In this document: positions 53,254 through 63,303 of the stretch, piece after piece
Numbering within the stretch: the stretch's first letter is position 1
How the letters are laid out: every line of letters starts with the position of its first letter
Assembly (NCBI GenBank): GCA_963779615.1
Contig: CAVZZA010000004.1
Coordinates: forward strand, 96,001 to 160,000
Direction: 5' to 3'
Origin: an uncultured Nitrososphaeraceae archaeon
Lineage (GTDB): Archaea; Thermoproteota; Nitrososphaeria; Nitrososphaerales; Nitrososphaeraceae
Length of the DNA stretch: 64,000 nt
Notes under the pieces: generated by a model
What the model saw: the letters and a program-made list of their open reading frames with translations, nothing else
What the model was told of the DNA's origin: nothing
The model's database searches: none
Program-made: the position numbers and the translations under genes

Positions 53254-54129
53254 ATGCTGATAAGGCCCGAATCAATATACGATAAAATTATTAAAGGAAA
53301 TTGTGAAAGAGTTTTAAAAAATTTTCCTTCTAACAGCATTCAATTAACAATTACATCTCCACCATATGGAAATGCAATTGATTACGATTTGCATGCATCA
53401 AAGAAAAATTCGGAATATTATAGGGGCATAACTAAAGTTAGTTTAAATGATTATTTGGATAACTTAGTTTCTATTTTTAATGAACAGGTTTATCGTGTCA
53501 CAAAAGAGGGCGGCTATTGTTGCATTGTTATTGCGAATGAAGTTGTAAATGGAACACTTATTCCTTTACCTCATTTGCTCTTATCCAGATTGGTCTCACC
53601 TGAGGGTAGGTGGAGCTTACACGAAGAGATAATTTGGCATAAAGTTACTGGAGGTACGAATAGATACGGTTCTTTTATTATCAACCCTTACCCCAAATAT
53701 TATAGGGCAAACATAATGCATGAATTTATCCTTGTACTCCGAAAAGGCGATGTAAAGTCAGGAAGAACTCAGAAAAGAGACATTCTACCTGCAACCCATG
53801 AAGAATGGACTAAAGAGATTGCAAATTCAGTTTGGCACATGGCACCAGTCCCCCCAGGATACATAAATCATCCTTGTCCCTTTCCTGAGGAAATTCCTTA
53901 CAGGCTAATGAAAATATATTCATATGACGGTGATATCATTTTAGACCCGTTTAACGGAAGTGGTCAAACAACCAAAGTTGCATATAACCTTGATAGGCAT
54001 TTTTTGGGAATTGATGTAAAACAGGAATACATTGATCTTGCTCAAAGTAGGTTAGTGAATGAACCCCTTCATATCAGATCAGAGGCATTAATAGCAAACT
54101 GGAAAAAAATTGCCTCACATGTTGTTTAA
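53254..54129 (+). CDS. Orphan beta-class amino-DNA methyltransferase (probably N4-cytosine)
   Basis: Motif IV TSPPY precedes motif X/I HPCPFP..DPFNGSGQT; no endonuclease adjacent. Confidence 0.92.
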   Translation: MLIRPESIYDKIIKGNCERVLKNFPSNSIQLTITSPPYGNAIDYDLHASKKNSEYYRGITKVSLNDYLDNLVSIFNEQVYRVTKEGGYCCIVIANEVVNGTLIPLPHLLLSRLVSPEGRWSLHEEIIWHKVTGGTNRYGSFIINPYPKYYRANIMHEFILVLRKGDVKSGRTQKRDILPATHEEWTKEIANSVWHMAPVPPGYINHPCPFPEEIPYRLMKIYSYDGDIILDPFNGSGQTTKVAYNLDRHFLGIDVKQEYIDLAQSRLVNEPLHIRSEALIANWKKIASHVV

Positions 54130-54187
54130 TACCATTTACTAAAATATGGTTTGATTCTACGCCGTCTCTTTTATTGATGTTTGTTAA

Positions 54188-54994
54188 TCAGGTTCTAATT
54201 CTTGTCCCCTCTTTGGGAATTTTTATTTTTATTATTAAAATTCCCAAAAAATATAGTAATAACATGGGTATTGAAACAAACCACATGGTAAGACCACTTC
54301 CGTCAGGGGTGATTACTGCGCCGAAAATTACTATAAATATTAGTGCATATCTAAAATTCTTAAACCAAAATCTATTGTCTATCAAACCTGTTAATGATAA
54401 AGCATACATTAGCAATGGCAACTGAAATGATATGCCGAATGCAATAAAAAATTGAAGGACAAAACTGACAAATTCGTTGATGCTTAAGAATGAAAGTATT
54501 CCCAAAGACTGTCCATATTGGTATAAGAAGGTAAGTGTAATTGGAATGGCAATAAAAAAGGAAAAAAAAATACCAAGAATGAATAGAATGGTTATAGGAA
54601 AAATGAATCTAAAAATGGTTATGGTTTTTGCTTTTCTTGAAATTGCGGGTCCTATAAATCCAAATATTTCTTTTACTATTAATGGAATCGATCCTGTGAT
54701 GCCTAGTAAAAAAGATACATATATTTGGGCAAACAATGATTGACCCGGTGCGGTCTGAATTAGTTTTACGCCCTCTGGTAGTAGATTATTACTTAAAAAA
54801 AGAGTTATTTGACTTGCAATATTGTTATATACAGCAGGATAGATAAAGTAAAAAGAATAATTGTTCATAGTTATTACTTGAATACCAAATACAGATGAAA
54901 AAATGACTATGAAAACAGCGAATATGATAACTCTCATAAATCGATTTCGAAGTTCGTTTAAATGTTCAATAAAAAACATATCCCCTGGAGCCAT
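54188..54994 (-). CDS. tatC: Twin-arginine translocase subunit TatC
   Basis: EHLNELRNR, FIGPA, FQLP and AVITPDG motifs; six TM segments. Confidence 0.95.
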   Translation of the reverse strand: MAPGDMFFIEHLNELRNRFMRVIIFAVFIVIFSSVFGIQVITMNNYSFYFIYPAVYNNIASQITLFLSNNLLPEGVKLIQTAPGQSLFAQIYVSFLLGITGSIPLIVKEIFGFIGPAISRKAKTITIFRFIFPITILFILGIFFSFFIAIPITLTFLYQYGQSLGILSFLSINEFVSFVLQFFIAFGISFQLPLLMYALSLTGLIDNRFWFKNFRYALIFIVIFGAVITPDGSGLTMWFVSIPMLLLYFLGILIIKIKIPKEGTRIRT

Positions 54995-55091
54995 TTACGT
55001 TAGAATATTTTAGTACATATATAAAAAATATAAATCATTCAAAAATCATAAAGGTAACATATTAAAATCTTAATCTTCCAATAAGAGTTTA

Positions 55092-55799
55092 TTGTTGGTC
55101 AGCAAAAAGTTATGTGTATCTGTTCCATTAATTGATGGGGAATTAGATAAAATTGAAAGCAAAATTGACTCTCTTCAGAAAGAAAATATTAGTTTTATAG
55201 AATTTAGATTCGACTATTTAAAAGAATATGGTAACCTAGACACTATACTTGAGATAATTTCAAAATATAAAAATCGATCCATATATACATTGAGACCTCC
55301 CAATGAGGGAGGTCGATTTCCTGGAGAAGAGTCAGAGAGATTGGTTTTATTAAAAAAATTGGCAGTAGCTGAACCGATGTTGTTAGACTTGGAATACAAT
55401 TCCGTATTAAAAAACGATGAACTTGCTGACTTTATAGATCATAACAATGTAAGGACTTTAATGTCTTGGCATGATTTTACTGGAACCCCCAATAAAGAAT
55501 CCCTGGTAGATTTAATTGATAACATGAGAGTATTTAGCAATTATATCAAAATAGTTACTACTGCAAAATCTATAGATGACTCAATTAATATTTTGGGATT
55601 GTATAAGCTAATAAATACCAGCATTAATTTGGTGGCATTTTCTATGGGTGAATTAGGGATCATATCAAGAGTTTTGTGCAGTATTGTTGGAAATTCTCCG
55701 TTTACTTATACCACAATTGAGAAACCCGTTGCCCCAGGGCAGCTCACAACAAACCAAATGAAATCAATTTATTCTCTTTTTCATGATAAATTAATATGA
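55092..55799 (+). CDS. aroD: Type I 3-dehydroquinate dehydratase
   Basis: EFRFD, TLR..EGG, SWHDF, KIVT, FSMG...SR and APGQ. Confidence 0.95.
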   Translation: MLVSKKLCVSVPLIDGELDKIESKIDSLQKENISFIEFRFDYLKEYGNLDTILEIISKYKNRSIYTLRPPNEGGRFPGEESERLVLLKKLAVAEPMLLDLEYNSVLKNDELADFIDHNNVRTLMSWHDFTGTPNKESLVDLIDNMRVFSNYIKIVTTAKSIDDSINILGLYKLINTSINLVAFSMGELGIISRVLCSIVGNSPFTYTTIEKPVAPGQLTTNQMKSIYSLFHDKLI

Positions 55800-55921
55800 A
55801 GGATTGAAATATGGTTCCATTTTTTTATATTATCTTATAATACATAATTTTGATTATTACTTGAATTCATGATTATTGTAATAACCGTTAGGTGCATCAA
55901 TTTTTATTTTAAAAGCAAATC

Positions 55922-56119
55922 TTATTCAATATATTTTTTTATTTTGTATTTTTGAATTCTGGCGTTGTGTCTTAATCGGTAACCACAACATGGGCAAAAT
56001 AATCCACTCCATTTAATGAAAATATCACAAATTTGACAGCGTTTTTCGTTTTCTCCATAACGTAGAGTTTTTGGTATTTTTTTGGACTTGTGTCTGATAC
56101 AAATTCCCTTGCATGTCAT
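55922..56119 (-). CDS. Small Cys-rich zinc-finger protein (Nitrososphaerota family)
   Basis: MTCKGICIRH...KRCQIC...CPCCGYRLR. Confidence 0.85.
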   Translation of the reverse strand: MTCKGICIRHKSKKIPKTLRYGENEKRCQICDIFIKWSGLFCPCCGYRLRHNARIQKYKIKKYIE

Positions 56120-56281
56120 TGGCTATGTAAAAACTCCATATTTTGATTGTATGTTAATTTCTATCTTTAATATAATACTTATTCAATCAATACTTCCCAA
56201 TATAATGGTATTTCATAAAGTGTTTTGTATTGGGCCAGATTAAATTAAATTAAATTATGCATAGTTTCAAATACATCCTTA

Positions 56282-57172
56282 ATGAGTAAAGATGACTTAC
56301 GGGATGGTAAAAATTTAAAAAACCCTTTTAAGACCTTTTGCATTATAGGAGACCCAGTTAACCATTCGCTATCTCCTCTAATACACAATTCTGCTTTTGC
56401 TTCATCAAATTTGAATTATTCTTATATTGCGTTCAGGGTTCCACAATCAGAACTGGAGGACTCGGTTAATTCGTTAAAAAAAATAAATGCGGCGGGGTTC
56501 AACGTTACTTTACCACATAAGGTAAACATTATAAACTTTTTAGACGGTTTATCCGTCGAGGCAAAAAAGGCAGGCGCTGTTAATACAGTTAATAATGAAA
56601 ATGGCAAATTTATCGGCTACAATACGGATATTTTTGGCTTTATTGCACCGTTAGAAAAACGGCATGTGGATTTTAAAGGTATGGAGATTTTAATTATGGG
56701 TGCTGGAGGATCATGCAGAGCTGCCCTGGTTGGACTTTCGAAAAAAAAGAGCGACGTTAAAAAGATAAATATAGTTAATCGAGACCAAAAAAAATTAGAG
56801 AAAGTAATAAATCTAGGTAAAGATTTAGGGTTAAGTTGTAATGCGTTGGATTATGATAATGGATACGTATTAAAAGAAACATCATTAAATTCTAAATTAA
56901 TAATTAATACATCATCTATAGGATTAAATAATGAAGCAAGTCCTTTAAAATCAAATTTTATGAATAAAAATTCACTTGTTTATGATATAGTTTATAGACC
57001 AGTATACACAGATCTTTTGAAAAATGCTAAAGAAGCAGGTTCTAAAATAATTTTTGGTTATGAAATGTTATTACATCAAGCAATAAAATCATTTGAAATA
57101 TGGACTGGTACAATTGCGCCAATCCATGTAATGACCAAAGCATTGTTTGGAATTTTTGGTGAACCAAAATAA
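56282..57172 (+). CDS. aroE: Shikimate dehydrogenase
   Basis: HSLSP, NVTLPHK, AVNT, NTD, GAGG and MLLHQA. Confidence 0.96.
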   Translation: MSKDDLRDGKNLKNPFKTFCIIGDPVNHSLSPLIHNSAFASSNLNYSYIAFRVPQSELEDSVNSLKKINAAGFNVTLPHKVNIINFLDGLSVEAKKAGAVNTVNNENGKFIGYNTDIFGFIAPLEKRHVDFKGMEILIMGAGGSCRAALVGLSKKKSDVKKINIVNRDQKKLEKVINLGKDLGLSCNALDYDNGYVLKETSLNSKLIINTSSIGLNNEASPLKSNFMNKNSLVYDIVYRPVYTDLLKNAKEAGSKIIFGYEMLLHQAIKSFEIWTGTIAPIHVMTKALFGIFGEPK

Positions 57173-58019
57173 ATTGAAAAAACTATCATCTACTTCCACA
57201 GTATTTGGGGCTATTTCGATAATTAACGCAATTGCAACAGGGAAAGGGTCCACTTTGGGTATATCTTTAAAGGTTACGGCCAATATAACATTGGAGCCAG
57301 GATATTCAGGGGTATCAAAAAATTTTGCCAATGATAAGTTAGTTAATAAAATAGTAAAAACTATCATACCAAGCAAAATACTTAACAATAATTTTGTTTC
57401 TATTCATCTTACATCCGATATTCCTGCAGGATGGGGATTAAAAAGTTCCAGTGCGGTTTCTAATGCCATATCTTTGGCTTGCTATAAATTAGTAAATGAT
57501 GAGATTTATGATAAAGCCGTTCTAAACACCGCAATAAACTCATCCCTTTGGGCAAAAGTAAGTATCACAGGTGCCTTTGATGATGCATGTGCCTGCTATT
57601 TCGGAGGAATAATTTTGTCCGATAACTATTACAGAAAATTAATTAAAAGGGAACCAATAAATAAGGAATTATGGGTAATAATTTTCTTACCAAACGGTGT
57701 TTCTAGAGGGGATATACTTAAATTAAAATTACATAAAGAGCTCTTTAATCATGCCTTTAAGCTTGCAATCAGGGGTGATTATTGGAAAGCAATGAACTTA
57801 AATGGAATTTTAATCAACTCTGTTCTTTATAACAATTATTATCCATTACTATACGCAATGGAAAATAATTGCTTAGCTGTGAGTTATTCGGGCAATGGTC
57901 CCGCAATTGCAGCAGTTGTTCATAAAGATAATATTGAAAATTTAAAAAATTCCTTGGAAAAATTTCCCGGAAAGCTTATTGTATCGCAAGTAAATAACTC
58001 CAAAGCCTTTGTTGTATAG
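57159..58019 (+). CDS. aroK: Archaeal (GHMP) shikimate kinase
   Basis: GAISIINAIATGKG, IPAGWGLKSSSA, TGAFDDA and SGNGP; start uncertain (57147/57159/57174). Confidence 0.95.
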   Translation: MNQNKLKKLSSTSTVFGAISIINAIATGKGSTLGISLKVTANITLEPGYSGVSKNFANDKLVNKIVKTIIPSKILNNNFVSIHLTSDIPAGWGLKSSSAVSNAISLACYKLVNDEIYDKAVLNTAINSSLWAKVSITGAFDDACACYFGGIILSDNYYRKLIKREPINKELWVIIFLPNGVSRGDILKLKLHKELFNHAFKLAIRGDYWKAMNLNGILINSVLYNNYYPLLYAMENNCLAVSYSGNGPAIAAVVHKDNIENLKNSLEKFPGKLIVSQVNNSKAFVV

Positions 58020-58073
58020 TTATCTATAATAATATTATGCAAATAATATTATGAGTAGTACTGAGAATCGGAA

Positions 58074-59528
58074 TTGGTAAAAATAGTTGTTAAGAAATCT
58101 CAATTAAGCGGAAGAATATCGTGTCCTCCAAGTAAGAGTTATTCTCATCGTGCAATAGTTATTTCGTCTCTATCAAACGGTGTATCAAACTTAAAGAATG
58201 TACTTTTTTCCCGAGATACAATTGCAACAATCAATTGCTGTAAAATGCTTGGAATATCTGTGGAGTTAGACTCTATCCATGATAAACAACAATCAAATAA
58301 TGAATTGAATTTAGCATTAAATGCTGTTGGAAATCTAAAAATTTCCAGCAGTGGGGGCAGATTTGGATTTGATACTCCTGAAGATATTTTAAATGCTGAA
58401 AATTCAGGAACAACCATAAGGCTTTTAACATCTATGTGTTCCCTTGTTAACGCTGGTTTTACTATTTTAACTGGTGACAAAAGTTTGAGAAAAAGACCGA
58501 TGGGTGATTTAGCCAAATCACTAAATCAATTAGGAGTTGAGTGCTTTTCATCAAAAATTAGTAACACCCCACCGCTGATAGTCAAGGGAGGTGGAATGAT
58601 AGGTGGAGAAGCGATAATAAATGGACAGATATCAAGTCAGTTTATTTCCTCATTATTACTATCTGGCATTTACGCCAAAAGACATGTTACAATTAAAATA
58701 TGGGGTAATCAAGTCTCAAAACCATATATAAAGTCTACAATTTCAATAATGAAAAAGTTTGGTATCGAAATAAAAACTGGAAAAAATGGCTTTATTAACA
58801 ATAATGTACTGATGCCTAATTCAACACATCCGACAAACAATTCGAACATTAATTATAATTTTCGTAATATGGATAAGCAAAACAATCCTGTAACTGAGTA
58901 TTATGATGTTCCGAACGAAAAAGATTACATATCCACAGATTTTATGGTTCCTGGAGACTTTTCAACTGCAGCATTACTTTTATCTGCTGCGATATTAACT
59001 GATGGAGAATTTACCATAGATAATTTAGATTTCTCTTTACCTCAGGGAGATTCTAATATTATACACATACTAAAAGAGATGGGTGCAGATATAATTGAGG
59101 ATAAAAATAGCGGAACAATAAAAATTACTGGAACTAGATTGCTCGATGGTGGAGATTTTGACTTGAAAGATACCCCTGACCTCCTTCCGGTAGTTTCAAT
59201 TCTTTCATTAAAATGTAAAAATTCAATAAAAATTACTGGTATATCACATGCTAGATATAAAGAAACAGACAGAGTTGCTAATATTGCCACTCAATTAGTA
59301 AAGTTTGGTGCGGAAATTAAAGAAGATTTTGATTCTATTATTATATATCCGCCTAAAAAAATTAAAAACGCATCAATTAATTCATTTGATGATCACAGAC
59401 TTTTTATGGCTTTTTCTATTGCTTCATTGGCTACTGAAGAATCAACAATATGTGGGGCAGAATCGGTTGATGTTTCGTATCCTCATTTTGTTAGTGATTT
59501 GAAGAAATTAGGGGCTAGAATATTGTAA
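58074..59528 (+). CDS. aroA: 3-phosphoshikimate 1-carboxyvinyltransferase (EPSP synthase)
   Basis: SKSYSHR, ENSGTTIR, RPM, SSQFISS, KETDR, DDHR and SYP. Confidence 0.97.
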   Translation: MVKIVVKKSQLSGRISCPPSKSYSHRAIVISSLSNGVSNLKNVLFSRDTIATINCCKMLGISVELDSIHDKQQSNNELNLALNAVGNLKISSSGGRFGFDTPEDILNAENSGTTIRLLTSMCSLVNAGFTILTGDKSLRKRPMGDLAKSLNQLGVECFSSKISNTPPLIVKGGGMIGGEAIINGQISSQFISSLLLSGIYAKRHVTIKIWGNQVSKPYIKSTISIMKKFGIEIKTGKNGFINNNVLMPNSTHPTNNSNINYNFRNMDKQNNPVTEYYDVPNEKDYISTDFMVPGDFSTAALLLSAAILTDGEFTIDNLDFSLPQGDSNIIHILKEMGADIIEDKNSGTIKITGTRLLDGGDFDLKDTPDLLPVVSILSLKCKNSIKITGISHARYKETDRVANIATQLVKFGAEIKEDFDSIIIYPPKKIKNASINSFDDHRLFMAFSIASLATEESTICGAESVDVSYPHFVSDLKKLGARIL

Positions 59529-59675
59529 TAATATCGGTGTTTCTATATATTCTAATTTAAAATACCAAGACACATTATAAAAATGCTAACTAATAATACA
59601 TGCAATAGAACCTTGAATTAAGGTTTAGTAGTATTAAAAATAATAATATATTGGAATTACAAATTAAACTTTATC

Positions 59676-60800
59676 ATGCCAGCAAACAGTCTTGGAGAAC
59701 GGTTTTCAGTTACAAGCTTTGGAGAAAGTCATGGCAAATGTATTGGTACAGTTGTTGACGGGTGTCCTGCTGGCTTAAGATTGGATGAGGCAGACATACA
59801 ACCATTATTAGACCTAAGAAGGCCTGGGCAATCAGTAATAACAACTCAAAGGAAAGAATTTGATAAAGCTTTGATATTGTCAGGAGTATTCAACGGATAC
59901 ACTACCGGCGCTCCCATCTGTATAATAATTTGGAATACCGATACCGATTCAAGATCTTATGAAGATATTAAGGACACGCCAAGACCGGGTCATTCTGATT
60001 ACCCTGCTTTTATTAAGTATGGGGGTTTTGCTGATTACCGCGGTAGTGGTAGATTTTCGGGTCGATTAACAGCTACCATAGTAATGGGTGGAGCCATAGC
60101 ATTAAAAATTTTAAATAGATATTTAAATATAGAAATCATTAGCTATACAAAATCCATAGGAAATATCCTTTGTGATACTGAAAACATGACCTTTGATGAA
60201 CTATCGGATAAAAGGTATTCAAATGAAGTAAGATGCCCTGATTCTGATACTGCCATGAAAATGAAACGAGCTATATTGTTAGCAAGGAAAAATGGAGATT
60301 CTCTTGGAGGTATAATAGAATGTATTACACGGGGAGTTCCTACTGGTTTGGGTGAGCCTATTTTTGAATCAATCGAATCTGAACTTTCTAAAGGACTTTT
60401 TAGCATTCCTGCAGTAAAGGGAGTCGAATTTGGCTCAGGCTTCATTGGGTCAACTTTTACAGGCTCACAAAATAATGATATATTTTTTATCGAAAAAGAT
60501 ACAGAGAAAATATTAACCAATACAAATAATTCCGGTGGAATCCTCGGTGGTATAACCAATGGAATGCCATTAAAGTTTAGGATTGCATTTAAACCTGCGG
60601 CTTCTATATCGATGACTCAAAAAACAATAAACGTTAAAGAGAAAATCGAAACTGATTTGCAGGTCAAAGGGAGGCATGATCCATGTGTTGTCCCACGAGC
60701 ACCCCCTGTTATCGATAGCATAGTTGGAATAACATTGTTAGATCACTGCATAAAATGTAATTTAATACCTTCTGTTTTAAAAGAAATACCTAGCACATGA
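59676..60800 (+). CDS. aroC: Chorismate synthase
   Basis: GESHG, RPGHSD, SGRLT, FKPAASI and GRHDPCV. Confidence 0.97.
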   Translation: MPANSLGERFSVTSFGESHGKCIGTVVDGCPAGLRLDEADIQPLLDLRRPGQSVITTQRKEFDKALILSGVFNGYTTGAPICIIIWNTDTDSRSYEDIKDTPRPGHSDYPAFIKYGGFADYRGSGRFSGRLTATIVMGGAIALKILNRYLNIEIISYTKSIGNILCDTENMTFDELSDKRYSNEVRCPDSDTAMKMKRAILLARKNGDSLGGIIECITRGVPTGLGEPIFESIESELSKGLFSIPAVKGVEFGSGFIGSTFTGSQNNDIFFIEKDTEKILTNTNNSGGILGGITNGMPLKFRIAFKPAASISMTQKTINVKEKIETDLQVKGRHDPCVVPRAPPVIDSIVGITLLDHCIKCNLIPSVLKEIPST

Positions 60801-62314
60801 GTGAAGGGGTGAAAACAGTGTCTGTTGAAAAACTTAATAATTTAAGAAATGACATAAAAACAGTAACCCAGCATATTATTTCTTTGATAAATCAAAGAAT
60901 GGAAATTGCAAAACAAATTGGTGAAATTAAAAGTGAATTGCAACTTGGTGTAGTTGATGATAAAGTTGAGCAAGAAATTAAAAATTATATTTTACACAAT
61001 ACATGTAGTAAAGGTTTAGACCGCGAGTTTTTAGGACGTATTATAAATATGCTCATCAATGAGTCGGTAACCATTCAAAATTATGAAAGTAACAAAAGGA
61101 AACTGTTGCCAAATCCTAATAAAACTGTGGAGAATTCATTCTTAGTGAACAACAATTCAATGTCTGATAATAATTTTCCGGGTATTATAAAAATCAGAAC
61201 GCATATGGATGTTTTTAATAAAGCAAAACAACTAGATTCTTTAGGTAAAAAAATTATCCATATGGAGGTTGGTGAACCTGACTTTTCACCACCACCTCAA
61301 GTTAAAGAAGAATTAATGTCAGTTTATGACAAAGGTAGATACCATTATACTGGAACTGCAGGTATAATTGAGCTTAGGAAAAAATTGTCTACCTATTTGA
61401 CAACTATTAGTGAAAATAAAATAGATTGCATTTATCCTGAAAATATAATTACCACGGTTGGAGGAAGATTTGCAATTTTCTGTACTTTTTCTGCATTACT
61501 TAAGCCAGGTGATGAGGTCATAATTATTGAACCGGCTTGGCCTGCCTACAAAGACTGTGCCAATTATTTGGGAGCTAAAACAAAAATTATAACAACAAGC
61601 TTGGAAGGACAATGGGTACCTGATATATCTGTGATTGAAAATATGATAAATGTCAATACAAAAATCATTTGTCTGAATTATCCAAATAACCCCACAGGAA
61701 AAATTTTAAATGAAGGAAACTTGAAGTCAATAACCCAGATAGCCGAAAAAAATAACATTTACATATTAAGCGATGAGGTTTATTGCAATTTTGCCTATGA
61801 AAAATTTTCAAGCATACTAAAATATGCATTTGAAAACTCAATTATGATAGGCTCATTTTCGAAAACTTTTTCCATGACCGGCTTTAGGGTTGGATTTGCT
61901 TATTCGATGAATAAAAACCTGATCGATAAACTAATAAAGATTCAATCCTTGACTTTAACCTCTGTATCTGAACCAATGCAATATTGTGCTTTGGCGGCTT
62001 TATCTTTTAACCCAACAGAGTATGCTCAAATTATGAGTAAAAGAGTTAATTTTGTATGCTCTCGTCTAAAAAACATGCCGTTTGAGTTTGTCTATCCTGA
62101 TGGTGCCATGTATGTATACGCAAAAATCAATGAAGAATTGGCCATAGATGACCTGACGTTAATAGAAAAATTACTACAAAATGGAGTTGCCGTCGCTCCT
62201 GGAAGCGGATTTGGCGACAATTATACAAACTACATCAGAATTTCCACATGCATTGATGAGGAAAAACTGAACAAAGGCTTGGATATTATTAACCAGACTG
62301 TTAATTCATTATAA
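60797..62314 (+). CDS. Chorismate mutase (AroQ) - class I/II PLP aminotransferase fusion
   Basis: N-terminal LRNDI...QRMEIAKQIGEIK...VE; C-terminal GEPDF, PNNPTG, SDEVY, SFSKTFSMTGFRVG and IRIS. Confidence 0.92.
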   Translation: MSEGVKTVSVEKLNNLRNDIKTVTQHIISLINQRMEIAKQIGEIKSELQLGVVDDKVEQEIKNYILHNTCSKGLDREFLGRIINMLINESVTIQNYESNKRKLLPNPNKTVENSFLVNNNSMSDNNFPGIIKIRTHMDVFNKAKQLDSLGKKIIHMEVGEPDFSPPPQVKEELMSVYDKGRYHYTGTAGIIELRKKLSTYLTTISENKIDCIYPENIITTVGGRFAIFCTFSALLKPGDEVIIIEPAWPAYKDCANYLGAKTKIITTSLEGQWVPDISVIENMINVNTKIICLNYPNNPTGKILNEGNLKSITQIAEKNNIYILSDEVYCNFAYEKFSSILKYAFENSIMIGSFSKTFSMTGFRVGFAYSMNKNLIDKLIKIQSLTLTSVSEPMQYCALAALSFNPTEYAQIMSKRVNFVCSRLKNMPFEFVYPDGAMYVYAKINEELAIDDLTLIEKLLQNGVAVAPGSGFGDNYTNYIRISTCIDEEKLNKGLDIINQTVNSL

Positions 62315-62349
62315 CTATAACTTAATGTAAATTACCTTGCGGATTAAAA

Positions 62350-63303
62350 ATGACAATAATCACAATAATAGGAGCTGCTGGAAAAATGGGAAAATGGTTT
62401 TTTCAATATTTCAACAACATGAAAAATAACCCTTACCAACCAGAAAATGTTTCTAGTCTGTCCATCGATAAAATTCTCCTTTATGACATAAAACAAATTA
62501 ATTACATTCATCCTTTTGACAACAATGAACATGTTGTTATTACAAACAATGTTTCTGAATCAGTGAAAATATCCGATATCATTCTATTTTGCATCCCTGT
62601 CAACGAAATTATAAAAATAATTAACCATAACATTGCAAAATTTAAACCCGGATCTTTAATCATAGAGATCTCTTCAGTAAAATCTACAATTCACAAGACC
62701 CTATCCGCCATCTCATTAAACTTGAATATAGTAACCTTATGCATACACCCAATGTTTGGACCTGGAGCTTCTATTTTCTCAAAAAATAAAGCTATATACA
62801 TTCCTGTAAATAACAACTATAGGAAAACCGAAGAAGATCTTTTAAATAAAATTTTTCCATCTTTTGACAAAATAATAATTGAAAATCCCAACAAACATGA
62901 TTTGGCTATATCTGTTATCATCAGTTTGATATATTTCATAAATCTGGTATTCTCAAAATTTTTAGTGGAGTTATCCAATACAGAAGAATTCCAATTTGAA
63001 GACGATCTATTGCAGTTTTTTAAAAAAATATCCGGCAGCACTTTTAAAATCCAATCCTTATTAAGTGAAAGCATACTAACCGATGATGTTTCGCTTTTTT
63101 TAACTCTATTTGTTGATAATGACAAATCGGCTATAACTATTAATAAATATAGACAACTTTTCGATGATCTGTTGGATAAGATAGAAAAAAAAGATCAGGA
63201 CGTAGTTAAAAAGTACATATCAACGACTAAAAATAGCATTAAAAAGGATGTCGATATCAACAAGTCTTATAAACTACTATACAAATTTTTAAATTCACAA
63301 TAG
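62350..63303 (+). CDS. tyrA: Prephenate/arogenate dehydrogenase
   Basis: GAAGKMG, EISSVK, IHPMFGP and HD. Confidence 0.9.
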   Translation: MTIITIIGAAGKMGKWFFQYFNNMKNNPYQPENVSSLSIDKILLYDIKQINYIHPFDNNEHVVITNNVSESVKISDIILFCIPVNEIIKIINHNIAKFKPGSLIIEISSVKSTIHKTLSAISLNLNIVTLCIHPMFGPGASIFSKNKAIYIPVNNNYRKTEEDLLNKIFPSFDKIIIENPNKHDLAISVIISLIYFINLVFSKFLVELSNTEEFQFEDDLLQFFKKISGSTFKIQSLLSESILTDDVSLFLTLFVDNDKSAITINKYRQLFDDLLDKIEKKDQDVVKKYISTTKNSIKKDVDINKSYKLLYKFLNSQ

